Source of the DNA: a virus
Lineage: Duplodnaviria > Caudoviricetes
DNA length: 38,144 nt
IMG/VR virus record: IMGVR_UViG_3300049201_000010
Coordinates: 1-38,144 of that record
Direction: 5' to 3' (one strand)
The notes below the pieces were generated by a model. The model made no database searches, was not told the origin of the DNA, and was given only the letters and a program-made list of their open reading frames with translations. Of the stretch, positions 18,409-26,876 are shown piece by piece; position 1 is the stretch's first letter, and each line of letters opens with the position of its first letter. The position numbers and the translations under genes are program-made.

Positions 18409-18512
18409 ACCTGCTCTAAATATGATCTTACACAAGCGCGTTTGAAGTGAATAGTACCTCCGTAATAGGTCGATGCTTTGGCGAATCTGACAGCGTTTAA
18501 GAATGTTTTCAT
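18405..18512 (-). CDS. 35-aa hypothetical protein (not in track)
   Basis: MKTFLNAVRFAKASTYYGGTIHFKRACVRSYLEQV; ATGA overlaps at both ends. Confidence 0.5.
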   Translation of the reverse strand: MKTFLNAVRFAKASTYYGGTIHFKRACVRSYLEQV

Positions 18513-18772
18513 ATATCGTATTTTTTAAGTGATCTAGATACAGAGCCATCAGAACAACAAGTCTTAATGAAAGACTGGTAATGTCTCCCTTTGCGGTCTG
18601 AGTGCGGACGCATATCAATTATGTCGCTTACCTTATAAAGATCAACGTACTCGATAGGTCCATTGTAGTTCACTGGCTTACCTACAAAGATTCCGGACTT
18701 CCCACGCCAGAAGTACTCTCCATGCAGGTTCTTTTGAAATCCTAGTTCGATAAGTGTCTGTGTGTTTTGCAT
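18509..18772 (-). CDS. Hypothetical protein, probably leaderless
   Basis: ATG lies 3 nt after TATATTTG. Confidence 0.65.
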   Translation of the reverse strand: MQNTQTLIELGFQKNLHGEYFWRGKSGIFVGKPVNYNGPIEYVDLYKVSDIIDMRPHSDRKGRHYQSFIKTCCSDGSVSRSLKKYDI

Positions 18773-18775
18773 GAT

Positions 18776-18816
18776 CAAATATACGACTTATTTTGAAAGT
18801 TGTTACATTTTTCAAG
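18776..18816 (-). promoter_or_regulatory. Bacteroidota-type promoter
   Basis: TATATTTG (18783-18776) with an upstream TTG in an AT-rich gap. Confidence 0.65.
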
Positions 18817-18823
18817 AAATATT

Positions 18824-19726
18824 TTAACTATTTCTTAGTTCCTGTATCTGGGATTTTAAACGGTCGTTCTCTTCTTTAAGGGAGGATAGTTCGGATTGAA
18901 GTTTCTTAGTCAGTTCCTCCTGTGTTTCCTCTACAGCGGGAGACTCGACGTAGTGCTTATTGTCACGTTGATAGCTTGCCACAAAGGCCAAATCGCTTTC
19001 CGATATCTTAGAACAATGATGGAATATATCTGGACATAACTTCCATTTAATGCGCTCCTTTCCATCTCCACACGTTGGACAAATGTCCTTTTCCTCTACA
19101 GGGGAAGGCTCTGACGCACATGTTTTACAGACAACTCGACGTTTATGACCATAAAACGATTCTTTACACGAGTAACAAGTGCAGATATAATTCCCGTTCT
19201 CATGCTCATAATCCTCTTTCCAATTCTTTGGGGAATCAAAGTTAGGAGGTTGATTTTTTTTAGGCTCTGACTGTTGGGTAACTAGGCGGGCTACTTTCAC
19301 TCCAACAGGTATTTCGCATCGATTTCTATTTGGCACACAACCAGCGCCGCCACACCATTTTTTACAAATCACTTTGAACTCTGTTGGAGGGATGGTGTAG
19401 ATGCCGGCTTTCATATTAGAAAATACAGTAAGAATTTCTGTTCCGTTGTGGTCTATCACAAGACCTTCTATCCGTTCCTGATCTTCGAACTCTACTGCTT
19501 GGGCAATAGCTGAGGAAAGGGCTTTCTGGTAACGATGGGGGCAATTATCATCATATCCATCAACCACATCCCGATTAGCACCATTTTCGAACGCTAATGA
19601 TGCACAGATACATGAATGAGTAGAATGACATTTAACATCATATTTTGGCTCCTCCGGCCATCCTGTAGGACTGTAGAGAAACTTACCGTTGAAGTAGCCG
19701 ACTTGGGTTATTTTCTTCTTTTCCAT
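18824..19726 (-). CDS. Modular Cys-rich hypothetical protein
   Basis: Several Cys clusters, including ENGNYICTCYSCKESFYGHKRRVVCKTC and CPTC; C-terminal coiled coil. Confidence 0.7.
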   Translation of the reverse strand: MEKKKITQVGYFNGKFLYSPTGWPEEPKYDVKCHSTHSCICASLAFENGANRDVVDGYDDNCPHRYQKALSSAIAQAVEFEDQERIEGLVIDHNGTEILTVFSNMKAGIYTIPPTEFKVICKKWCGGAGCVPNRNRCEIPVGVKVARLVTQQSEPKKNQPPNFDSPKNWKEDYEHENGNYICTCYSCKESFYGHKRRVVCKTCASEPSPVEEKDICPTCGDGKERIKWKLCPDIFHHCSKISESDLAFVASYQRDNKHYVESPAVEETQEELTKKLQSELSSLKEENDRLKSQIQELRNS

Positions 19727-19746
19727 AGCTGAGGGGGGGGTATCAC

Positions 19747-20080
19747 TTACACTGATCTCGGTTTGAATGTATCTTTGCGGTATCCGTTCTCGTTCCATCC
19801 TTCTTCATTTCTAAAATTCGATTGGTAGAACTTATAGCCAAGATTCACCATCTTATCGCTGTGAATTTCAAGTACAGATATGTACCCTTGATGCTTTATT
19901 ATGTCCACAGCAACTTTCTATCGTCTGTATGCCTTTTGACCATAAGTATAGAATCTCATCAAGGATGCAGTTATCTATACCTGCTGCGCGAACGCTCTTT
20001 TCAGAAACGAACCATTCTGGGTAATCAACGACCGTCTGATTGTCGTAAGACTGGACTTCTATGTTAACGCATTTGCACAT
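19747..20080 (-). pseudogene. CCGH-motif protein with a 1-nt frameshift near 19895
   Basis: IDNCILDEI..LW..GIQT.ESCCGHNK. Removing one A gives HQGYISVLEIHSDKMVNLGY...FKPRSV*. Confidence 0.6.
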
Positions 20081-20085
20081 ACTCT

Positions 20086-20349
20086 TTAGGGGTTGGGGGT
20101 TAGAGATTCGACAGGGCAAGACGTTGGCAGAATCAATCTGTTGGTTTGGGCTGAAAAGTTTGGCTTATCCCCTGGGAATGGAGTTATTTCAGATGTTAAT
20201 ATTCTGATGGAAACAATCCTTCGATCATCCGAGAATCCGTACGTCGCACGTTCTAAAAGTTCATTCAATCTTGTTTCTGCTGTTGTTGGATCTTCGTCCA
20301 CGACGTAGAATACACCTAACCCCGCCGTATGCAATTCAAATAGTTTCAT
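20086..20349 (-). CDS. Hypothetical protein
   Basis: ORF fits operon packing. Confidence 0.65.
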   Translation of the reverse strand: MKLFELHTAGLGVFYVVDEDPTTAETRLNELLERATYGFSDDRRIVSIRILTSEITPFPGDKPNFSAQTNRLILPTSCPVESLTPNP

Positions 20350-20374
20350 ATCCTTTATTTGTTTTAGTTAGTTT

Positions 20375-20578
20375 CTATTCTTGGGGAGGGGCACCTAGTG
20401 ATGCTTTTTTACAGGCTTCAATGTATTTTAGTGTAACTGAAAGACACTCGGCAACATAAAGTGTGCGTTTCTGTTCTTCCGGTTCATTCCACATTAATGA
20501 TCCTGTATTCTGTAATACATTACGCTCTTCAGCCATCCATTGCTCCAACTGTTCAGCGCTTATCCATTCTGTTTTCAT
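20375..20578 (-). CDS. Hypothetical protein
   Basis: ORF fits operon packing. Confidence 0.6.
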   Translation of the reverse strand: MKTEWISAEQLEQWMAEERNVLQNTGSLMWNEPEEQKRTLYVAECLSVTLKYIEACKKASLGAPPQE

Positions 20579-20600
20579 ACTCTCTCTTTTTTATAGGGGG

Positions 20601-20897
20601 CTAATATTCATTAACATAGTCAGGATTGAACGGTCCTTTGTATCCAACATCATAGTGATACATGATAATCCAATCAGACCAATACATTTCGTACTTGTGG
20701 CACAGTTTGGACATTAAATCTATTTCCTTCGCGCTATCGTCCTCCTGTTTTACTTTAGGGAAGTAGTGATGTATGGCTATTTCAGCCAGCACGAAATGTG
20801 ACCAGGGTCCTAACCGATCAATGTTTTTCATTAGGTTCTCAGGGGTGAATTGAAATCCTGTACGCTTGCGTTTAGTTGTTATTCCGACTATAAACAT
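20601..20897 (-). CDS. Hypothetical protein
   Basis: ORF fits operon packing. Confidence 0.6.
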   Translation of the reverse strand: MFIVGITTKRKRTGFQFTPENLMKNIDRLGPWSHFVLAEIAIHHYFPKVKQEDDSAKEIDLMSKLCHKYEMYWSDWIIMYHYDVGYKGPFNPDYVNEY

Positions 20898-20920
20898 ATT
20901 TGGTTGGTGTTAGATCATTC

Positions 20921-21304
20921 CTAAACTGTTCTGTTAAAGCTGTATCCGTCTTTCTTTGCTGCTGACGAATGCTCTGTAAATTCCGTGTGATGCTCCCGGC
21001 ATACTGACATAAAGAAGTTCGTATCCAGTAGACGCTCTCCTTCTCTGCCTCGTTGGTGATGTATGTCCACTGCTTTTAGGTTACATTCTTCAACTTCACA
21101 GACAGGATAAAGGGATATGTACTCCTTCTTCAGTTTGATGTACTCAGCCATTTCACCGGCGCGTTTCTGGCTTACCTTAGAAATTGGCGTTGCTACCTTC
21201 ATGTTACGAGATAGCCTTTCCGCTTTCCTAGCAGCGGCATTACAGGAGGCGCATATTCCGTTACGCTCCAATGGCTTAAAGTCTCCGCAGTTGGTACAGG
21301 TCAT
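20921..21304 (-). CDS. HNH-type nuclease with N-terminal Zn finger
   Basis: CTNC..CASC; CEVEEC...DIHH.RGR...VCREHH. Confidence 0.7.
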   Translation of the reverse strand: MTCTNCGDFKPLERNGICASCNAAARKAERLSRNMKVATPISKVSQKRAGEMAEYIKLKKEYISLYPVCEVEECNLKAVDIHHQRGREGERLLDTNFFMSVCREHHTEFTEHSSAAKKDGYSFNRTV

Positions 21305-21546
21305 AATGCTTTAGCTTGGTCTATTTTCTGTTTTGCAAAATTCAACCTAATTTCAAGTCCCTGCCTTAATCCCTCGTAATAACTCTCAAGAGACTCTTTA
21401 GCTTCCGACCGCGTTGGAAAGTATATGTATCCAACCTGTTCACGGGCGATCGGCGTTCCATTTATGTAGACGTGCTGAGATGTTGCGGTGTCAACGTCCA
21501 CCTCTTCAATTGCTACGTTTCTAAAATCAGCTCTGTAGTATTTCAT
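21301..21546 (-). CDS. Hypothetical protein
   Basis: YFPTRSEAK motif, coupled ORF. Confidence 0.65.
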   Translation of the reverse strand: MKYYRADFRNVAIEEVDVDTATSQHVYINGTPIAREQVGYIYFPTRSEAKESLESYYEGLRQGLEIRLNFAKQKIDQAKAL

Positions 21547-21586
21547 AATCTTTTTTACTTTCTTCTCTTTACTTAGGGGGAAGGCT

Positions 21587-22216
21587 TTATCCCCATTGTT
21601 CAGCCATTGCCCGGGCTATACCTGGGAAGGTTTTACTTTTCAGTTTAGCCGCTCCTTTTTTTGCGTCCATACGATAGCAGAAGTACTCGTTCTTCATTTT
21701 TCCGTCTGCTCCGATTCTTGATTTAGTTGGCTTTGGCTTGTCCCGGATCCGGTCAATGTGTGGGAGTCCATTAAGCCTCGTTAGCCCCCGGAGCCACAAA
21801 CACGTTTCTTTCATTTCACCATCACCGAAGTAGTATGGATGTATTATTTGCGTGGGCTTCCTCCATTGAGTGTTAAGCCTGCCAACCGGATTTTCAATAC
21901 AAACTTTTGGTATAGGACAGTGCCACAGATGAAGAACAAATCGAATGGCTTTTCTCTCTTCGTCCTCTCTGTATGCCTTAATCTCTTCAGATCTTGACTT
22001 GTGTTGCATGCCAATTCTTGAAAGGAAAGTACATGGAGGGTGAGCTATCATTAAATCCCATCCAGCGGTTAAATAGTATGTAACGTCATCTTGAATGTGC
22101 CACTCTGGATGTCCTCCCGAACATGGTTGAATGTCACAAGAAAAAGCCTCATGCCCCCGCGCCCGAAACGCTTTGCATACTTCCTGACTTTCTTCACATG
22201 CTACTAATACTCTCAT
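21587..22216 (-). CDS. Phage DNA cytosine methyltransferase-like protein
   Basis: VLVACEES, SCD, WDLMIAHPPCT (catalytic PC), IENPVG, SKTFPGIARAMAEQWG. Confidence 0.8.
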   Translation of the reverse strand: MRVLVACEESQEVCKAFRARGHEAFSCDIQPCSGGHPEWHIQDDVTYYLTAGWDLMIAHPPCTFLSRIGMQHKSRSEEIKAYREDEERKAIRFVLHLWHCPIPKVCIENPVGRLNTQWRKPTQIIHPYYFGDGEMKETCLWLRGLTRLNGLPHIDRIRDKPKPTKSRIGADGKMKNEYFCYRMDAKKGAAKLKSKTFPGIARAMAEQWG

Positions 22217-22250
22217 TCTGGGTTTCTATTTACTCTGGAAGACAGTTAGA

Positions 22251-22649
22251 CTAGAATGGCAGATTTCTGAATAAGTCCTGATCCCAGCTTAAATGATCTT
22301 CTCCCTTAATCAAGTCGTCAACCGTCTGAAGGAGGTAATTAACCGCAACTTCCTTTTCTCGGTGTGTTCCCATCTTCTTGATGGTGTTAAGTAGGTAGTA
22401 AACAGACATCAACTTATTGCGGTACCGTGTGCCCATCTCCTTCATGATTTCCTTTTGGTTCTCAATAGCGGCGTTTAAGTCCCGTTCTTTTCTAGTCAAT
22501 GCATCACGCTCCGTTTTGACCCGTTCTACCTCCGCTCTAGCGGCGCGGTATTCAGATTGCCATGCGTCGCGGTCCTTTTGAGCATCGTGAAGTCCATTTT
22601 GCAGGCTTACATTCTCAAGTTGAATTTGTTCGATGTCTGATTTTTTCAT
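22251..22649 (-). CDS. Coiled-coil hypothetical protein
   Basis: Heptad repeats; ends in NLPF. Confidence 0.65.
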   Translation of the reverse strand: MKKSDIEQIQLENVSLQNGLHDAQKDRDAWQSEYRAARAEVERVKTERDALTRKERDLNAAIENQKEIMKEMGTRYRNKLMSVYYLLNTIKKMGTHREKEVAVNYLLQTVDDLIKGEDHLSWDQDLFRNLPF

Positions 22650-23242
22650 ACTCCTTTTTGTTTTAACCATTCACTAAACTCTGGCTTACCTTCCAATATT
22701 TTACCAGTGTATAGGTCCGTACATTCACGGGCGTATTCCTGTCTAAGCCTTGCTAGTTCGATATGTTTAGGTGGGGAACTAGGCATATAAGATCCTGCCG
22801 GTTTCTTTGGTAGCATTTCATCCAGGGATTTCGTGTGGCTAATTGTCTCCGGTGGTCCGAACTTTGCTAATTGCTCACCCCACTTTTTCAGCCATTCCGA
22901 TCTTCTCTCTCCTTCTACTGGCTTCCAATCCGGACCAGGATCTTCTTTGACGTGATGAGACTCCTTAAAGAACCTGTCCCTTTGTGCGTTTAATGACTTA
23001 TAGACGAACTTTGCATTAAGTCCGATGAAATCCCCGTCCGCGACCACTGCTTGTCTTATAATCGATTTCTGTGCGTCTTTCGGTATCAATGGGAATTGTG
23101 CAGATACATTGCAAAGAATCTTTAACAAGTCCTCGATTTCTTTATCGGACTCGGTTTCTGGCAAGGCCATCAGTTTATCGTACTGCTTGATGCCTGTCAG
23201 TTTATCCAATTGCTGGAGTAGGTTGTAGAAAAACTCTTTCAT
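22646..23242 (-). CDS. Hypothetical protein in helicase-loader position
   Basis: Coupled directly downstream of the replication initiator; function inferred from synteny only. Confidence 0.5.
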   Translation of the reverse strand: MKEFFYNLLQQLDKLTGIKQYDKLMALPETESDKEIEDLLKILCNVSAQFPLIPKDAQKSIIRQAVVADGDFIGLNAKFVYKSLNAQRDRFFKESHHVKEDPGPDWKPVEGERRSEWLKKWGEQLAKFGPPETISHTKSLDEMLPKKPAGSYMPSSPPKHIELARLRQEYARECTDLYTGKILEGKPEFSEWLKQKGV

Positions 23243-23982
23243 TCTTTGCCTTTGTTAAATTCCGCAAATGACTTTTTCTTCTTCGTGCCAGGTCCTTTTG
23301 ATGATTCAGAAGGTTTCATAATGGAAAGCCATGTACTGAACTTCTGTCGCCATTCCCATATCGTTTCAGGCGGCCTTGGGGACTGGGAGTGATGCAAATG
23401 GCATTGATCCCATCCCACACTGAAGTCTTTCCCTACGTGCGTTTTCTGAATGTTTATGGTCCATTGTTCATCGAGGAACAACCGGGTAAACAGTTCTTCT
23501 TTTGTTTCCCCCTGCACCCCCTTCTTTAATACATCTTCAATTTCATTTTCAATTTCATTTTCATATTCAGTGTTTGCTTGCTCTTTTGCTTTAAGTTTTG
23601 CTTGAGCAAATTTTCCTCCTTTAGAACCCGCTTGAGACCGGGATAAACTCAGTAAATGGTCCTTAATCATGCGTTTTTGACATAAAAAATCACCTTCAAC
23701 ATGCAGCACTTTTTCGTCCAGTAGTTCCTTTATAGCCGCTTGAACAACAGCAAGGGGGTAAGGCATTTGTTTAGCAATCTTCAAAGCAAAATTTAAGGTT
23801 TGCTCTGTGCTTTGCTTGTCTTTTTGCTTAAGCAAAATCTTGCCGTAGTCTTCTGATTTATGCATTATGCACATGATGCGGACGTATACTCCGGTAGCCT
23901 CTGCGCTACATTCCATCAGCTTTTCGTCAGTTAAAAAATCCTGGATGTATAACGGCAGATATGGTTGATCCCTTAACGCCAT
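23239..23982 (-). CDS. Phage replication initiator (DUF1376/YdaU-like)
   Basis: PYLPLYIQDFLTD...SAEATGVY.RIMC, QKRM, GSKGG, low-complexity ENEIENE linker, C-terminal W...F.TW. Confidence 0.75.
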   Translation of the reverse strand: MALRDQPYLPLYIQDFLTDEKLMECSAEATGVYVRIMCIMHKSEDYGKILLKQKDKQSTEQTLNFALKIAKQMPYPLAVVQAAIKELLDEKVLHVEGDFLCQKRMIKDHLLSLSRSQAGSKGGKFAQAKLKAKEQANTEYENEIENEIEDVLKKGVQGETKEELFTRLFLDEQWTINIQKTHVGKDFSVGWDQCHLHHSQSPRPPETIWEWRQKFSTWLSIMKPSESSKGPGTKKKKSFAEFNKGKE

Positions 23983-24302
23983 GATATTGCAATATTTTCC
24001 ATTATCTCTTTATGAGGGAACAGCTTTGTCTTTGCTTTAAATTCCTCAAGGTCCACACTTGAAAAACACTCTCGGTAGCCGCCAAACTTTATGGTAGGGC
24101 GATAGGGAGTAAACATTGATTGTAGGTTAGATTCAAGTGTAAGCGCTTCCGAATAATCATACCCCATCGCCATATAAAGGATATTAACCTGGTAACCTGA
24201 TTTCATGATCTCATAGAACCGGCAATAACGATGCACTGTGATTCCGATTTTAAAGAACCGCTCGTTGTTGTTATACAACTCTATCAAATAGATATTACCC
24301 AT
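23973..24302 (-). CDS. GIY-YIG-like (T5orf172-type) nuclease domain protein
   Basis: NIYLIEL...FFKIGIT...R, LE..L, GYRECF. Confidence 0.65.
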   Translation of the reverse strand: MGNIYLIELYNNNERFFKIGITVHRYCRFYEIMKSGYQVNILYMAMGYDYSEALTLESNLQSMFTPYRPTIKFGGYRECFSSVDLEEFKAKTKLFPHKEIMENIAISWR

Positions 24303-24552
24303 GATTAACCTCCTTTCCACAGCAAGGACATCCAGATATGAAATCAACAGAATACCTCCTTGCGCCGGATTTTCCTGTAACCTTTATTATTTTCATCTCT
24401 TCAAGAATGTTATAGTATCGGTATGTAGACCTTTTATCCATTTTCAATAACACAGCAGCTTCAGTTGGTGATATTTTACTATTGGCTAATAGATGTATTA
24501 GTTTCAAAAGTTTTATCATCCTTTGCCCCGGTAGTTTTGGTATCCGTGTCAT
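24295..24552 (-). CDS. HTH protein with C-terminal CPCCG
   Basis: SPTEAAVLLKMDKRSTYRYYNILEE. Confidence 0.65.
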   Translation of the reverse strand: MTRIPKLPGQRMIKLLKLIHLLANSKISPTEAAVLLKMDKRSTYRYYNILEEMKIIKVTGKSGARRYSVDFISGCPCCGKEVNHG

Positions 24553-24571
24553 ATCATCAATTAAAAAGCGA

Positions 24572-24579
24572 CAAACGTA
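24572..24579 (-). promoter_or_regulatory. -7 element TACGTTTG for the replication module
   Basis: Exact TAnnTTTG, 19 nt before ATG 24552. Confidence 0.5.
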
Positions 24580-24699
24580 CAATTCAAAAGAACGGGTCAG
24601 CTACCGAAGCCTGTGAAAGCCCACAGCCTGAAATGTTTGCTTTTTTGTTTTCAGAGCTGCTCCCGTTGTTATCCTTCTTAGGTCTTGATCTTAGTGAAG

Positions 24700-25383
24700 T
24701 CATAGAGTGAATAGTTTTAATTGGCTCTTATACTGATTGAATCGCTTCTCCTGGTTTTTGAAATGGTGTTCATCGACTTCATATCCAGTGAAATCTAATC
24801 CCAAATCATAAGCAGCAATTCGATCTGAGCCACTACCCACATGAGGACTTAGTATTTTCCATCCTGGTTGTGCATACTTCTGGAATTGCCATCGATAAAT
24901 CTGCACGGGCTTTTGGGTGGGGTGAATACGCTTTTCATTTTTGCTCTTATCTCCTTCCATTATCCGTCCGTCTGAAAGACTACCCTGCAGCATTCCATTC
25001 CACATAAATCGGACGATTCTAACATGGTCAAAAAGATTTGTTGCGGCGATCTCACAATCAGAGTAATCACTCGAGTCGTTACACTTATCCCATATTATTC
25101 TACCGGAGTGAAAAGGGTATTTGAAATAATTACAACCCCATATGATATAGTACTTAGATACTCTAAGAATTTGATCGAAATACTCAGGCCCAGGAACTTC
25201 CCATTTACCTGACGGCTTATACAATCTTTTAACTCCGATACTAGACACCTTTTCACCATAGTATTCACGTTTCTCTGGGCCTGAAAAATATGGAGGGTCA
25301 TCATCCACCAGGTCAAAGTACTTATCCGGGTACTCACTCAACGGCCTGCGGTTACATATATTAAATACTTCTGATACTGGCAT
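24700..25383 (-). CDS. DNA amino-methyltransferase (N6A/N4C, beta class)
   Basis: DPPY motif precedes HPTQKPV and SPHVGSGS. Confidence 0.9.
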   Translation of the reverse strand: MPVSEVFNICNRRPLSEYPDKYFDLVDDDPPYFSGPEKREYYGEKVSSIGVKRLYKPSGKWEVPGPEYFDQILRVSKYYIIWGCNYFKYPFHSGRIIWDKCNDSSDYSDCEIAATNLFDHVRIVRFMWNGMLQGSLSDGRIMEGDKSKNEKRIHPTQKPVQIYRWQFQKYAQPGWKILSPHVGSGSDRIAAYDLGLDFTGYEVDEHHFKNQEKRFNQYKSQLKLFTL

Positions 25384-25419
25384 ATTCCTAAAAGGTGTGT
25401 GTGTTGGTGTTTAATTTTT

Positions 25420-25491
25420 AAAAAAGTGCCGGTCTTTCCCGGCTTGTCACCAAGTTTATCGAAGGTGGTAGTTCCTCTTTCGAGTGGTGAC
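25420..25491 (-). ncRNA. Structured RNA element or terminator
   Basis: GUCACCA/UGGUGAC stem with inner CUC-GAAA-GAG, then GCCGG-GAAAGA-CCGGC and a U-tract. Confidence 0.55.
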
Positions 25492-25516
25492 CACAGGAAA
25501 CATGGTTAAAACTCAG

Positions 25517-25658
25517 TGGAGAGTGTCGGATTCGAACCGACTTAAAGGGATTGCCCCTTTCTGCTTTTCTGTCTGGTAATTACTCCTTTCAGATACGCAG
25601 GACCTGTATTCGTTCCGGACCTACTAACAGGCTAAATTGTTTCCAAAAACTACTCCCC
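25517..25658 (-). ncRNA. 142-nt tRNA-like RNA (Ala-type acceptor stem, no canonical anticodon arm)
   Basis: GGGGAGU/ACUCUCC-A acceptor with G3:U70, perfect T-arm GUCGG-UUCGAAU-CCGAC, short D-like hairpin, three internal hairpins. Confidence 0.8.
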
Positions 25659-25735
25659 AAAAATGACCGTGAGGAAAAAGACTTTATATAACCCCACGAT
25701 CTGACCAGCTCTACGCCTTAGAACTGAGGTTGTTT

Positions 25736-26521
25736 TTAACTACTCCAATGAAGAAAGTATTTATCTTTATCAGGTTGTGATAAGACGAACTCTATTGTCT
25801 CCTGGACAATTTCAAGGGCCTGGATATACCATTCGTTATCTCCTTCAGAAACAACATAGACGCAAGGAATTTGTCCCTCACCAAATAGTTGCTTCCGTGA
25901 TCCAGTTATTAAGCCATATACTTTTAAAGGCTCTTTAATGTGGAAGTGTCCGTTACGGTTTGAATACCCATCGAACGACGATTCGCGTTCCTTTTCCTTG
26001 AGAAAAACCTGTATGGCTTTTTCTGATGAATCTGTTTCCGGTGTCATGTTAAAAGAACCAACCTCAAAACACCTAATGTTATCCATAAGCCTAAGCCTGG
26101 ATATACAATCTTGAACTTTGATTAGCGCTAACATCCAATCTGGTGCCCATACATACTCAGCATTATCATCACGACTGAAAATATCGTATAGGTCTGGGAG
26201 TCCGAAATTTCTCAACACTGAATTTATCCCGCCTCCGTTGTAAGAGCTTCTAAAATAACCAATCTTGAAGTAGTGGTCAGGGTATCTATCACAGACCCGC
26301 TCAATACTCTGCTTTCTAGGATCTTCACCTCCATCTTTTAGCCCAAGTTCTGCGGCGAGTTTTTTGTCGTCGTCTCGCAATTGGTTCTTTTGTGACTCAG
26401 TCAGAGAGGAATATTCACCGACTTTATCCCATTGTTCTTCAGACCTGCGACTGTACTCTGCTTCAAGTCTTTCGGTCTCATGTCGGTTTTCATAACGATA
26501 CAAATAAATGTCTAGTCCCAT
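25736..26521 (-). CDS. Phage hypothetical protein (MGLD-start family)
   Basis: MGLDIYLYR start, IGYFR motif, YFLHWSS end. Confidence 0.75.
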   Translation of the reverse strand: MGLDIYLYRYENRHETERLEAEYSRRSEEQWDKVGEYSSLTESQKNQLRDDDKKLAAELGLKDGGEDPRKQSIERVCDRYPDHYFKIGYFRSSYNGGGINSVLRNFGLPDLYDIFSRDDNAEYVWAPDWMLALIKVQDCISRLRLMDNIRCFEVGSFNMTPETDSSEKAIQVFLKEKERESSFDGYSNRNGHFHIKEPLKVYGLITGSRKQLFGEGQIPCVYVVSEGDNEWYIQALEIVQETIEFVLSQPDKDKYFLHWSS

Positions 26522-26544
26522 ATTCTTACTTTCCTTTAGGTTGA

Positions 26545-26874
26545 TTACTGTTTGAATTTATAGGTGTTATTCAAGTGACCTGTCTTAGCGACCTTTTCTC
26601 CGGCTACAATCAACAGCCCCTTCTTTTGGAGAGTATTTATCGATCTTCTTGTGTTTGTGATGAAGATTCCAGTGGCGTCAGATACTTCCCAAGGGGTAAA
26701 GGCTGCATGCGGGTGATTCATAAAGTGTCCAAGTACCGTTGCATCTTGACTTCCTACCATGAGTTCCCATTTAGCGCAAAGGGCTGCGTCTAGGTGCATG
26801 GTGTTATGGTAAGAAATTGGCTCATACCTTCCCGGCCCTGATTGGTTGAATAGGCTTGTCTGGTTAGTTTCCAT
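26545..26874 (-). CDS. Winged-helix DNA-binding protein
   Basis: FTPWEVSDATG..ITNTRRSINTLQKKGLL. Confidence 0.65.
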   Translation of the reverse strand: METNQTSLFNQSGPGRYEPISYHNTMHLDAALCAKWELMVGSQDATVLGHFMNHPHAAFTPWEVSDATGIFITNTRRSINTLQKKGLLIVAGEKVAKTGHLNNTYKFKQ

Positions 26875-26876
26875 GA

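Noticed and set aside
19733-19740. G8 tract as a phase-variation switch
   Set aside because: Probably intergenic once the start is set at 19726, and similar C-rich tracts occur at other gene ends.
23540-23610. Short repeats in the initiator gene as origin iterons
   Set aside because: TTTCATTTTCAA-type and TTTGCT repeats are short and explained by the ENEIENE/KQ linker; an origin here is plausible but not demonstrable.
24585-24703. Short ORF or hairpin (CTGTG-AAAGCC-CACAG) upstream of the replication promoter
   Set aside because: Only a 5-bp stem and a low-complexity 39-aa ORF; not enough support for either.
25420-25516. tRNA-associated HDV-like (theta) or hammerhead ribozyme after the tRNA-like RNA
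   Set aside because: I could not build the nested double pseudoknot or find a CUGANGA/GAAA core; an Infernal search would settle it.
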